64,000 bases of DNA from an uncultured Actinomycetes bacterium (GTDB lineage Bacteria; Actinomycetota; UBA4738; HRBIN12): contig CAVPIB010000004.1 in assembly GCA_963704885.1 (NCBI GenBank), positions 1,056,001-1,120,000 on the forward strand. The letters run 5' to 3'. The notes beneath the pieces were generated by a model that worked only from the letters and a program-made list of their open reading frames with translations, ran no database searches and was not told the DNA's origin. Shown here in pieces: positions 21,571-31,676 of this stretch. Numbering within the stretch: the first letter of the stretch is position 1; every line of letters begins with the position of its first letter. The position numbers were made by a program, and so were the translations under genes.

Positions 21571-22409
21571 CACCTGGCCACGATGTCGTCGTACGCGTCG
21601 GGCCGACGGTCGCGGTAGAACGCCCAGCGGTCGCGAACGGCGCGGATCTTGTCCAGGTCCAGGTCTCGCACGATCAGCTCGGGCTTGTACGCGTCTGCGG
21701 GCTCGCCCACGAACTGCCCCTCCGGATCGACGAAGTAGCTCTGCCCGTAGAAATCGTTCTCGCCCAGCGGTTCGATCCCGACGCGGTTGATCGCACCCAC
21801 GTAGTACATGTTCGCGACCGCGGCGGCCGGCTGCTCCAGGCGCCAGATGTACTCGGAGAGCCCGCGATGCGTTGCCGACGGGTTGAATACGATCTCGGCG
21901 CCGTGCAGGCCGAGCATGCGCCACCCCTCGGGGAAGTGGCGGTCGTAGCAGATGTAGACACCGACCTTGCCGACGGCCGTCTCGAAGACCGGGAACCCTT
22001 CGGTCCCGGGCGTGAAGTAGAACTTCTCCCAGAAGCCCTTCACCTGGGGGATGTGATGCTTGCGGTACTTGCCCAGGTAGGTGCCGTCGGCGTCGATCAC
22101 CGCGGCGGTGTTGAAGTACTGGCCCGCCTGCACGATCTCGTACATCGGCAGCACGAGCACCATCCCCAGTTCCTTAGCGACGCTCTGGAACCGCTTGGTG
22201 GTCGGCCCGTCGGGGATCGGCTCCGTGTAGCTGTAGTACTCCGCGTCCTGAACCTGGCAGAAGTACGGCCCGTAGAAGAGCTCCTGGAAGCACATCACCT
22301 GAGCGCCCTGGGCGGCGGCGTCTCGGGCGGCTTCCTCGTGCTTGTCGATCATGGACGCCTGGTCGCCCGACCAGTCGGTCTGCAGCAATGCGGCCTTCAC
22401 GGTGGTCAT
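21570..22409 (-). CDS. Nitrilase-family C-N hydrolase (beta-ureidopropionase / N-carbamoylase)
   Basis: Glu-Lys-Cys triad in FQELF, YRKHHIP, ICYDRHFPEG; FWEKFYF. Confidence 0.9.
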   Translation of the reverse strand: MTTVKAALLQTDWSGDQASMIDKHEEAARDAAAQGAQVMCFQELFYGPYFCQVQDAEYYSYTEPIPDGPTTKRFQSVAKELGMVLVLPMYEIVQAGQYFNTAAVIDADGTYLGKYRKHHIPQVKGFWEKFYFTPGTEGFPVFETAVGKVGVYICYDRHFPEGWRMLGLHGAEIVFNPSATHRGLSEYIWRLEQPAAAVANMYYVGAINRVGIEPLGENDFYGQSYFVDPEGQFVGEPADAYKPELIVRDLDLDKIRAVRDRWAFYRDRRPDAYDDIVAR

Positions 22410-22528
22410 CGCGCAACTCCCTCTTCCGGCTCTGGGTGCCATGGTAGTCAGCCGGTCCGAACGGCGCGACCCTAACGCCCCGCGACAGGCGGTGGCGCTC
22501 GGCATCCCATCGGCCGTAGGCTCGACGG

Positions 22529-25500
22529 ATGCTGACCTGCGGCAACTGTGGCCGGGAGAGCCCGCAGGATCATGCGTTCTGTCCGGCGTGCGGTGCGTCG
22601 CTCGTTCCTCAGACACCGGTCCGCGAGGTCCGCAAGACGGTCACCGTCGTGTTCTGCGACGTCACGGGCTCCACCGCCCTCGGCGAGCGCCTGGATCCCG
22701 AATCGCTCCGTGACGTGCAGTCACGCTATTTCGACGCGATGCGCGAGGCGATCGAGCGCCATGGGGGAACCGTCGAGAAGTACATCGGCGACGCGGTCAT
22801 GGCCGTGTTCGGGATCCCCCAGCTCCATGAGGACGACGCGCTTCGGGCCGCGCGGGCGGTCGTCGACATGCGTGAAGGGCTCGCCGCGTTGAACAAGGAG
22901 CTCGAGCGCGATCGGGGCGTCACGATCGCGGTGCGCATAGGCGTGAATACCGGCGAGGTCGTGGCAGGCGATCCGACCGCCGGGCAGGCGCTCGTGACAG
23001 GCGACGCCGTCAACGTAGCCGCCCGTCTGGAGCAGCACGCGGCTCCCGGCGAGATCCTCCTGGGAGAGGACACCCACCGGCTCGTGCGCGACGCGGTGGA
23101 CGTGGAACCGGTCGAGCCGCTCGAGCTGAAGGGCAAGGCCGAACGTGTCCCGGCTTGGCGACTCCTCGGCGTGCGGGACGTGACCTCTGCCGTGCCGAGA
23201 CACATGGGCTCGCCGATGGTCGGGCGCGAGCGGCAGCTCGCCCAGCTCCGTCAGGCGTTCGAGGCCGCGGTCGAAGATGCGGGGTGTCAGCTCTTCACGC
23301 TCCTCGGTTCAGCCGGAGTGGGCAAGTCCCGTCTGGTCGAGGAGTTCATCTCCGGACTCGGAACCGGAGCGACCGTCCTGGTTGGCCGATGCCTGCCCTA
23401 CGGCGAGGGGATCACCTACTACCCGGTCGTAGAGGCGATCAAGCAGGCCACCGGGCTGGCCGACTTCGACCTGCCGGAGGTCGTCGAAGCGAAGGTCTGC
23501 TCGATCCTGGAGGGCGACGAGCACCAGGAGCGGGTCTGCCGTCATGTCGCCCAGCTGATGGGCGTGGCCGAGTCTGCCGCCGGCGAGGAGACGTTCTGGG
23601 CGATCCGCAGGTTCTTCGAGGCATCCGCGCGTGAAGGTCCGCTCGTGCTCGTGTTCGACGACATCCATTGGGGCGAGCCCACGTTCCTGGATCTCGTCGA
23701 GCACATCGCGGACTGGTCGCGGGGCTCACCCATCCTCTTGCTGTGCATGGCGCGTTCCGATCTACTCGACATCCGGCCGGCGTGGGGAGGCGGGAAGCTG
23801 AATGCCGCCAGCGTGTCGCTCGAGCCCCTCAACGAGGAACAGGCGGGGGCGCTCGTGGCCAACCTCCTCGGCGCGGCCGAACTGCCGACAGAGCTCGCTG
23901 AGGGGATCGTCGAGAAGGCCGAAGGGAATCCGCTGTTCGTGGAGGAGACCCTCGCGATGCTGATCGACGACGGCGTCCTCATCCGCCAGGACGAAGGGTG
24001 GCTCGTGATCGGTGATCTGTCCGCCGTCACGGTTCCACCTTCGATCCACGCGCTGCTCGCTGCTCGCCTGGATCGCCTCACCCCTGAGGAGCGCACGGTG
24101 CTCGAGGCGGCGGCGGTCATCGGGAAGGACTTCTTCGTCGGCGCCGTCCGAGACCTGGTGCCCGAGGACGCCCGCCAGCGCGTGCCATCGGATCTGATGG
24201 CGCTCGTACGCAAGGAACTGATCCAGCCAGAGCGCACCACCCTTCCGGGCGAAGACGCGTTCCGGTTCCGCCACCTGCTGATCCGCGATTCGGCGTACGA
24301 CGCGATCGCGAAGACCCGCCGCGCCGAGCTGCATGAGCGGGTGGCGGAATGGCTGGAGCGGGTGGCAGGGGACGGGGTCTTCGAGCAGGAGGAGATCGTC
24401 GGTTATCACCTGGAGCAGGCCCATGCCTACCGCACCCAGCTCGGTCCCCCAGACGATCGTTCGGACGCGATCGGACGGCGGGCGGCTGCCCGCCTTGCGA
24501 CGGCGGGACGTCGGGCGACTGGTCGAGGCGACTTCCCGGCTTCGGCGAACCTCCTCCGCCGGGCCTTGAGGGTCGGTCCGAGCGACGATGCCGAGCAGGC
24601 CGCGAACCTCTACCACCTCGGCGTCGCCCTGGACGAGGTCGGCGATATCCAAGCGACGTTAGAGGCGTTCGACGAGGCCGTACGGCTCGCCGCCGCCTCC
24701 GGCGACCGTTCGCTGGAGTGGCTCGCCCGCATCTGGCGCTCTGAGGTGCTGACGAACGCCGATCCGCGCAATACGTCTACGCAGGAGTGCCGCGAGCAGC
24801 TCGAAGAGGCCATCCGCCGGTTCGAGGAGCTCAGCGACGAAGCCGGACTGGCGACGGCGTGGGCGAAGCTCGCATTCCTCGAGTTCATCCCATGCCGGTA
24901 CGATCACGCTCAGCGAGCGGCGCGCCGAGCCGTGGACCACGCACGTCGGAGCGGCGACGATCGGCTCCTCACCGACGCCATCCGATACCTGCTCTTATCG
25001 CAGTGTTTCGGGCCCGCCACGCCGGAGGAAGGACGCCGGACGCTGGACGAATTGACCGAAGACATCTCCCGCACCCGATCGCTCGAGGCGACTGCCCTCG
25101 CCGTCCGCGGGTCGTTCCGGGCCATGGAAGGGTCGTTCGACGAAGCACGCCGACTGACGGGACTCAGCATCGAGATCGCGGAGGCCCTCGGGTCCCGGGT
25201 GATGGTCGCGGTGTACGAGTCATTCGTGGGTTCCGTAGAGCGAGAGGCCGGCGATGCGATCGCAGAGGAGCGCTCCTTCCGGCGGAACTACGAGATCTTG
25301 GACCAGATGGGTCAGGAGGGCTTCAAGTCGACGGCCGCGGCCGAACTGGCTCAGACCCTTTGCGCGCTCGGCCGGTTCGATGAAGCCGAGACGTTCGCCA
25401 CGATCGCCCGAGACGTCGCAGCCGAGGACGACCTTTCGTCCCAGGTGTTCGGACGGTCGGCGCAGGCGCTGGTGCTCGCCGAACGCGGCGAGTTCGACGA

Positions 25501-25729
25501 AGCCGAGCGACTCGCCCATGAGGCTGTCCAGATGCTCGAGGACGCCGAGAATCCGAACGGCCAGGGCGGCGTGAACATGGATCTGGCGCAAGTCCTACGG
25601 ACGGCCGGGAAGACCGCGGCAGCCGCCGACGCTGCCCGCGAAGCGCTCGCTTTCTTCGAGCGCAAGGGGAACCGGCCGTCGGCCGCCTCCACCCGAGCAT
25701 TCCTCCAGGAGCTCGGCGCCACCAGCTGA
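22529..25729 (+). CDS. Zinc-ribbon + class III adenylate/guanylate cyclase + STAND ATPase + TPR-like protein
   Basis: CxxC...CxxC N-terminus, FCDVTGST, KYIGD, GDAVNVAAR, Walker A GSAGVGKS, VFDDIHW, GNPLF, FRHLLIRD. Confidence 0.92.
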   Translation: MLTCGNCGRESPQDHAFCPACGASLVPQTPVREVRKTVTVVFCDVTGSTALGERLDPESLRDVQSRYFDAMREAIERHGGTVEKYIGDAVMAVFGIPQLHEDDALRAARAVVDMREGLAALNKELERDRGVTIAVRIGVNTGEVVAGDPTAGQALVTGDAVNVAARLEQHAAPGEILLGEDTHRLVRDAVDVEPVEPLELKGKAERVPAWRLLGVRDVTSAVPRHMGSPMVGRERQLAQLRQAFEAAVEDAGCQLFTLLGSAGVGKSRLVEEFISGLGTGATVLVGRCLPYGEGITYYPVVEAIKQATGLADFDLPEVVEAKVCSILEGDEHQERVCRHVAQLMGVAESAAGEETFWAIRRFFEASAREGPLVLVFDDIHWGEPTFLDLVEHIADWSRGSPILLLCMARSDLLDIRPAWGGGKLNAASVSLEPLNEEQAGALVANLLGAAELPTELAEGIVEKAEGNPLFVEETLAMLIDDGVLIRQDEGWLVIGDLSAVTVPPSIHALLAARLDRLTPEERTVLEAAAVIGKDFFVGAVRDLVPEDARQRVPSDLMALVRKELIQPERTTLPGEDAFRFRHLLIRDSAYDAIAKTRRAELHERVAEWLERVAGDGVFEQEEIVGYHLEQAHAYRTQLGPPDDRSDAIGRRAAARLATAGRRATGRGDFPASANLLRRALRVGPSDDAEQAANLYHLGVALDEVGDIQATLEAFDEAVRLAAASGDRSLEWLARIWRSEVLTNADPRNTSTQECREQLEEAIRRFEELSDEAGLATAWAKLAFLEFIPCRYDHAQRAARRAVDHARRSGDDRLLTDAIRYLLLSQCFGPATPEEGRRTLDELTEDISRTRSLEATALAVRGSFRAMEGSFDEARRLTGLSIEIAEALGSRVMVAVYESFVGSVEREAGDAIAEERSFRRNYEILDQMGQEGFKSTAAAELAQTLCALGRFDEAETFATIARDVAAEDDLSSQVFGRSAQALVLAERGEFDEAERLAHEAVQMLEDAENPNGQGGVNMDLAQVLRTAGKTAAAADAAREALAFFERKGNRPSAASTRAFLQELGATS

Positions 25730-25748
25730 GGCGCTGAGGCGCTGAGAC
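25725..25748 (+). repeat. 8-bp tandem repeat (GCTGAGGC x2 + GCTGAGAC) at the cyclase stop
   Basis: Read directly; TGA at 25727, 25735 and 25743. Confidence 0.6.
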
Positions 25749-25773
25749 CGACGAAGACCCTGGGTGCCCTCGC

Positions 25774-27084
25774 TCAGCGACGACGTTGAGGTTGGCGCGT
25801 CGCCTGCGGCTGACGGTTGCCGCGACCATTGGATCGGGGTCTGGGGCGTGGAGTCGCCCCTCGATCGGGGCCATCCGCGTTTCCCATCCCGGCGTCGCGC
25901 CATTCGGCGTGCAGGTCGAGCTCGTTCGCGATCCTGCGAACGTCAGCCCGTTGGTCGGGCATCACGAACGTGATGCCCTCTCCCCCGCGTCCGGCTCGCG
26001 CCGTGCGACCAACCCGGTGAACGTACGCCTTCCCGTCCTCGGGCGGATCGAAGTTCACCACGTGCGTGATGTGCTCCAGATCCAGGCCGCGAGCGGCGAC
26101 ATCTGTGGCGACCAACACGTCGTTGCGACCCCTGGCGAACTGCGCGAGAGCGCGGTCGCGCTGCGGTTGTGACATGTTTCCGTGCAACGCACCCGCGCTG
26201 AACCCCTGCTGCGTCAACCGCTGCTTCAAGCGGTCGGCGCCGCGCTTGGTCCGCACGAACACCAGTGTCAGTCCGCGGTCTGCGGCGAGCTCGCGCACCA
26301 GCGTGGAGACCTTGTGCTGGTGCTCCACCGCGATGAAGCGGTGGTCAGCCTCCGTCACCACCGGGCGTGGATCGTCGATCTCGTGCAGGACGGGCTCGAT
26401 CGTGAACTCCTTGGCGAGGCGTCCCACCTCGCCATCGAGCGTCGCGGAGAAGAGCATGGTCTGACGACCGGTAGGCAGCTGCTCCAAGATCCTTCGGACG
26501 TCGGGCAGGAACCCCATGTCCAGCATGCGGTCGGCCTCGTCCAGCACGCAGATGCGCGCCTTGTCCAGGCGGAGCATCTTGCGGCCCAACAGGTCGAGCA
26601 AGCGGCCCGGTGTCGCGATCACGACATCGGCGCGGCGCGCGCGCTTCGCCTGGTCGTGCATCCCGACGCCGCCGTAGACGGTCGCGATCTGCATCCGGCG
26701 CACGTCGGCGATCGCACGGAACTCCTCGGCCACCTGACTGGCCAGCTCGCGCGTAGGGACCAGGATCAGGGCCTTCGGGCTGCGGCCGTCGGGCTGGATC
26801 CGTTCCACGATCGGCACGGCGAACGCGAGCGTCTTGCCCGAGCCCGTCCTCGAGCGCGCCAGCACGTCGCGCCCGGCGAGCGCGTCGGGCAGCACGAGCG
26901 CCTGGATCGCGAACGGCGCGGTGAAGCCGCGCATCGCGAGCGCCTGGGCGACCGGCCGAGAGACGCCGAGCTGGTCGAACGACGCGAGGGACGGGTCGGC
27001 GGCCTGCTGAACCGCGGGCGCGGTAGGTCTGGGTGCGTCGCGTCGGGGCGTGTTGCGACGGTGTTCGGTACGGGTGGTGGTCAA
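25774..27084 (-). CDS. DEAD-box RNA helicase
   Basis: GSGKT, PTRELA, TPGR, DEAD, SAT, ARGLD, HRVGRTAR, basic C-terminal tail. Confidence 0.95.
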   Translation of the reverse strand: MTTTRTEHRRNTPRRDAPRPTAPAVQQAADPSLASFDQLGVSRPVAQALAMRGFTAPFAIQALVLPDALAGRDVLARSRTGSGKTLAFAVPIVERIQPDGRSPKALILVPTRELASQVAEEFRAIADVRRMQIATVYGGVGMHDQAKRARRADVVIATPGRLLDLLGRKMLRLDKARICVLDEADRMLDMGFLPDVRRILEQLPTGRQTMLFSATLDGEVGRLAKEFTIEPVLHEIDDPRPVVTEADHRFIAVEHQHKVSTLVRELAADRGLTLVFVRTKRGADRLKQRLTQQGFSAGALHGNMSQPQRDRALAQFARGRNDVLVATDVAARGLDLEHITHVVNFDPPEDGKAYVHRVGRTARAGRGGEGITFVMPDQRADVRRIANELDLHAEWRDAGMGNADGPDRGATPRPRPRSNGRGNRQPQATRQPQRRR

Positions 27085-27271
27085 TGTGGGCCTTCCTGCA
27101 TGGCGCGACAGCGGTTACGAGGAGCGTGGCGCGCGCAAGGGCTCGGATGAGCCACCAGGATCCTTCGGGCGAGCGCCCGAGGTATCCAGAGTACTACGTG
27201 GATGCCCACCGCGAGCTGAAGAAGCCGGGCGAAGGTGTTGGCTCACACCGGGAGGCTCCTATACTCCCGGC

Positions 27272-27850
27272 GTGAGCAGGCGTTCGCTCCCTCTCCTGCT
27301 GGCGGCGACGATCTTCGCGTCGCTGATGGTTAGCCCCGGCTCCGCGACCGCGAGGCAGGCCCCTTACCGGCCCGATGCATGGATCAAGCTGTGCGGCCTC
27401 AGCACGGGCTGCACGATCGATCCTCTCCCGCATCCATGGCTCGGCGACAACGTCTACAACCGGACGGGAGCAAGGCAGAAGATCGCCGTTCGGTTGGAGG
27501 ACGGAGAGGACGTCCGGTTCTGGATCACGCTTCAGAACGACAGCGAACAAGAGGACTCGATCAGGGTCAAAGGCTGTAAGGGAACCCGGCTGTTCGTGAT
27601 CATCGCGGTGAAGATCGGCTTCCTGAAGCGCCCGGACTGGCGACCGAAGGACGTCACCGTCGAGTTCAAGAACGGCACGTTGACGTTCCCGTTCCCACCC
27701 GCGTCTGAGGGCAAGAAGGTTCCGCTGACGCTCGCGTTCATCGCACCGACAACGGCCGAGGGTGTCACTTACCGCTGCCCGATCACGATCCGGTCCCAGA
27801 ACGACCCGACCCGGCGGGACAGGATCATGGCCATCATGACCACGTACTGA
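27272..27850 (+). CDS. Hypothetical secreted protein
   Basis: Signal-peptide-like N-terminus (SRRSLPLLLAATIFASLMVSPGSATA), four Cys, beta-rich; TATACT 6 nt before the GTG. Confidence 0.7.
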   Translation: MSRRSLPLLLAATIFASLMVSPGSATARQAPYRPDAWIKLCGLSTGCTIDPLPHPWLGDNVYNRTGARQKIAVRLEDGEDVRFWITLQNDSEQEDSIRVKGCKGTRLFVIIAVKIGFLKRPDWRPKDVTVEFKNGTLTFPFPPASEGKKVPLTLAFIAPTTAEGVTYRCPITIRSQNDPTRRDRIMAIMTTY

Positions 27851-27882
27851 GCCGGGCGGCCCAGAACCCTAGACTCCGGCGG

Positions 27883-28780
27883 ATGGACAGAACCTTCCGC
27901 GTCGGCGTGCAGCTACCAGAGGTCGAACGCGAGGTGCGCTTCCCGGAGTACGCGGCCATGGCCCGGGCGGCCGAGGAGGTCGGGTTCGACTCGATCTGGA
28001 TGGGCGACCATCTGCTCTACCGTGGCGACGGACGCCCCGAGCGCGGGCCCTGGGAGGCGTGGACGCTCCTAGCCGCGCTGGCCGCGGTCACCGACCGAGT
28101 CCGGCTCGGTCCATTGGTCGCTTGCGCCGGGTTCCACGCGCCCGCGATGCTCGCGAAGATGGCCGCGACGGTCGACGAGATCAGCGGTGGGCGCCTGGTC
28201 CTTGGTCTAGGCGCCGGGTGGAACCGCGAGGAGTTCGACGCGTTCGGCCTGCCGTTCGACCATCGGGCGTCCCGATTCGAGGAGTCGTTCGAGGTCGATC
28301 CGGCGCCTGCTCTCCGGCGAGCGCGTCACGCTTCACGGGCGGTTCTCCCACGTTGACGATGCGGTGCTCCTTCCGGCTCCGGCGCGTCGTCCGACCTTGA
28401 TGATCGGCAGCAGCGGTGAGCGAGTGTTGCGGGCCGCACTGCCCCACGTAGACGCGTGGAACACGTGGTACGACCTCTACGGCAACACGCCCGAGGGGTT
28501 CGCGGCAGAGAACGCGAAGATCGACGAGGCGGCCGCGCTGGCTGGCCGGAGGCCTGGCGAGATCATGCGGAGCGCGTGCGTCCGCGTGGTGCTCGACCGC
28601 TCGGCGGACGAGCGACCTATCGACCCCGCGTGCCCGCCGCTCGAGGGTGGCGCGGATCGGATCGCCAACGGCTTGCGCGCGATATCCGAAGCGGGCGCGG
28701 ATGAGGTGATCCTGGTCGTGACACCGATCACGGAGACGTCGATCCGCGAACTGGGTGCGGTGCTCGTCGAACTGCGGTAG
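27883..28780 (+). CDS. LLM-class oxidoreductase; frameshift near 28296
   Basis: GFDSIWMGDH, AKMAATVDEISGGRLVLGLGAGW; removing one base at ~28296 gives EVIRRLL and joins the 28364-28780 frame. Confidence 0.85.
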
Positions 28781-28998
28781 TCACGCGCGGACCGGCGTGG
28801 GTGAGTGGTTCGACGGCCCGCATCGACACCATCGCGTCCACGGATCGACACCGACCAGATGCGGCTCAAGCCACCGCCGATAAGGCCACTCCCCGTCTAT
28901 ACCCTTCAGCCGGTGCACGCCGCGGTTCAGGAACGCGATCTCGGACCCGACCACCAGATCCCCGGCGCGCGGCCGGTCCCTCTGTCCATACTTGACCC

Positions 28999-30399
28999 AT
29001 GAGCTCGGCCGAGCACGTCGACCTGGTGGTGGTCGGGGGCGGCGCGGCCGGCGAGAAGGGCGCCGCACAGGCCGCCTACTTCGGCAAGCGCGTGGTGGTG
29101 GTCGAGCGCCGGTCCGAGCCCGGGGGTGCCACCATCCACACGGGCACGCTCCCCTCGAAGACCCTACGTGAGGCAGCGCTGTTCCTCTCGGGGTATCGCC
29201 AGCGGGACTTGTACGGGGTGTCGGTGGAGGTGTCGCGCGACCTCAGCGTGTCCAGGTTGATCCACCGGAAGGACGCCGTCCGCCGGATGGAGACCGAGCG
29301 GATGCGCACCAACCTCGACCGCCACCACGTCGAGCTGGTGCACGGTGTGGCGCGCCTGGTGGACGCCACCTCGGTCGAGGTGACCGACAGCGACGGTGGC
29401 AGGCGTGGGTTCGTCGCCGACGCCGTCCTGATCGCCACGGGCTCCCACCCGTTCCGCCCGCCCGGCATCCCCTTCGACGACCCGGACGTGCACGACTCCG
29501 ACAGCATCCTCGAGATCGACCGGCTGCCCGCCTCGCTCGCGGTCCTGGGCGGTGGAGTGATCGGCTGCGAGTACGCATCGACGTTCGCGGCGTTGGGCAC
29601 CGAGGTGCACGTGCTCGAACGGCGGACGCCTCTGCTGTCGTTCCTGGACGGCGAGATCGTCGAGCGGATGATGGAGGGTATGACGGCTCTAGGCGTGCGG
29701 TTCCACCTGGGCGAACGAGCCGACGCCGTCATGCGCCGCGACGCCGAACTCGTGTGCACGCTGACGTCGGGCGACGAGCTCGCGGCGGAGAAGGTGCTCG
29801 TGACGTCGGGCCGTGTAGGCAACACGGCAGAGCTGGGGCTGGAGGCGGTCGGCGTGCAGGTCGACGATCGCGGCCGGGTCGCGGTGGACGGATCGTTCCG
29901 CACCGCCGTGCCGAGCATCTACGCGGCCGGAGATGTGATCGGGTCGCCGGCCCTGGCGTCCGCGTCGATGGAGCAGGCGCGCGTGGCCGTGTGCAAGGCG
30001 TTCGGGTTCGAGTACAAACAGGAGATATCGAGCCTGATGCCGTTCGCGGTGTACACGATCCCAGAGGTGAGCAGCGTCGGGCTCTCGGCGCAGGAGGCCG
30101 CGGACCGGGGGGTCGACGCCGTCGTCGGGCGCGCGCCGTTCCACGACAACGCTCGTGGGGCGATCATCGGGGACCGCGAGGGGATGACGAAGCTGGTGTT
30201 CGACCGCGCGACGCGGCGGCTGATCGGGATCCAGTGCGTCGGCGAGCGGGCATCCGAGTTGGTGCATGTGGGCCATGCCGTGCTGACGCTGGGGGGAACG
30301 GTCGAGACCTTCATCGACATGGTCTTCAACTACCCAACACTCAGCGAGACCTATAAGTACGCGGCCTACGACGCGCTGGGGAAGATGGAACAAAGGTAG
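28999..30399 (+). CDS. sthA: Soluble pyridine nucleotide transhydrogenase
   Basis: GGGAAG FAD motif, HTGTLPSKTLRE (no redox CxxxxC), GGGVIGCEYAS, FNYPTLSETYKYAA. Confidence 0.9.
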   Translation: MSSAEHVDLVVVGGGAAGEKGAAQAAYFGKRVVVVERRSEPGGATIHTGTLPSKTLREAALFLSGYRQRDLYGVSVEVSRDLSVSRLIHRKDAVRRMETERMRTNLDRHHVELVHGVARLVDATSVEVTDSDGGRRGFVADAVLIATGSHPFRPPGIPFDDPDVHDSDSILEIDRLPASLAVLGGGVIGCEYASTFAALGTEVHVLERRTPLLSFLDGEIVERMMEGMTALGVRFHLGERADAVMRRDAELVCTLTSGDELAAEKVLVTSGRVGNTAELGLEAVGVQVDDRGRVAVDGSFRTAVPSIYAAGDVIGSPALASASMEQARVAVCKAFGFEYKQEISSLMPFAVYTIPEVSSVGLSAQEAADRGVDAVVGRAPFHDNARGAIIGDREGMTKLVFDRATRRLIGIQCVGERASELVHVGHAVLTLGGTVETFIDMVFNYPTLSETYKYAAYDALGKMEQR

Positions 30400-30406
30400 G
30401 CGCCGA

Positions 30407-31552
30407 TCAGGAAGCTGGCACCTTCTTCTGTGGGTCGACGAACGGGATAGGGGCCGTCAGGCCGACACGCCCCCCGTCATCCGTCTCGACGTCCAGGCGT
30501 GTGCCGGGAGCCGCGAGCTCGATCGGCACCCAGACGTAGCCGATGTTCTTCTCCAGACGCGGCGACCAGCACGCGTCGGTGACGTGGCCGACCGCCTCGC
30601 CCCCGTGCGACACCGGCCAGTGCTGCGTCGGCTGGTCCACCGGCTCGCCTTCCAGTTCGATGCCTACTAGCTTGCGCGACACGCCCTCTCGCCGGATCCG
30701 CTCGAGCGCGGCCTTGCCGATGTAGTCGGCCTCTTGATCCTCCACCAGGCGCTCGAGGCCCGTGATCTCTAACGGGTTGTCTCCCAGGCCGATGTCGGAC
30801 CCCCAATCGAAGATGCCCGCCTCCATACGTCGGATATCCGAGGAGGGCGTGACACGGATGCCGTGCGGCTTGCCGGCGTCGAGGATGCGCTCCCACAGGT
30901 CGTCGCCACGGCTCGGGTCGCGCAGGTAGATCTCGTAGCCGACCACAGCGGTCCAGCCGGTCCGGCTGATCACGACGGGGATGCCGTCGAGGTCCGTCTC
31001 GTCGCACCAGTAGTACTTCATGTCCAACACCCAGTCGCCGAAGAGATCGCGCATCGTGTCCTTGGCCTTGGGTCCCTGTACCTGAACGGGGTAGACCTCG
31101 GGGTGCGTGACCTTCACGTCCATGCCGGAGTTCACGGCGACACCCATCGCATAGAGGCCGGCATCGGAGTCGGCCAGGGCGAGCCACCACCGGTTCTCCT
31201 CGATCCGCAGCAGCACAGGGTCGTTCACGATGCCGCCGTCCTCGGCAGTCATCAGAACGTACTTGCCCTGCTTCACCGCGCACTTGGTGAGATCGCGGCA
31301 GGTCAGCAGGTTCGTGAACGCGCTCGAGTCGGGTCCCGTGATCTCGACGATGCGCTCGACGCTCACGTCCCAGAGCGTCACGTCGTTCACGAGCGCCCAG
31401 TACTCCTCGATGGGATCGCCGTACGTGTTCGGGTGGTACATGTGCTGGTAGACGTCATAGGCGGAGCAGCCTGCTCGCAGCGTCGCTTCGAAGAACGGCG
31501 ACCTGAGGTACCAGGGCCCCCAGTTGAGCGTGGTGTTGTCCGGTATCGCCAT
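30407..31552 (-). CDS. GcvT/DmdA-family THF-dependent aminomethyltransferase or demethylase
   Basis: LWDVSVER, GGIVNDP, VQGP, SRTGW, RMEAG, SPRLEKNIG; GAGGAGG RBS. Confidence 0.85.
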   Translation of the reverse strand: MAIPDNTTLNWGPWYLRSPFFEATLRAGCSAYDVYQHMYHPNTYGDPIEEYWALVNDVTLWDVSVERIVEITGPDSSAFTNLLTCRDLTKCAVKQGKYVLMTAEDGGIVNDPVLLRIEENRWWLALADSDAGLYAMGVAVNSGMDVKVTHPEVYPVQVQGPKAKDTMRDLFGDWVLDMKYYWCDETDLDGIPVVISRTGWTAVVGYEIYLRDPSRGDDLWERILDAGKPHGIRVTPSSDIRRMEAGIFDWGSDIGLGDNPLEITGLERLVEDQEADYIGKAALERIRREGVSRKLVGIELEGEPVDQPTQHWPVSHGGEAVGHVTDACWSPRLEKNIGYVWVPIELAAPGTRLDVETDDGGRVGLTAPIPFVDPQKKVPAS

Positions 31553-31676
31553 CGGATCCTCCTCGGCTCGGTCGGTTGCGGAGTCTACGGGCGTCTGCCT
31601 CGTAGCCGGTAGCTGGGTTCCCGCACCTGCGCATCATCTTCTCGGTCGTGCTACGAAGACGACGGGAGGGAGTTCG

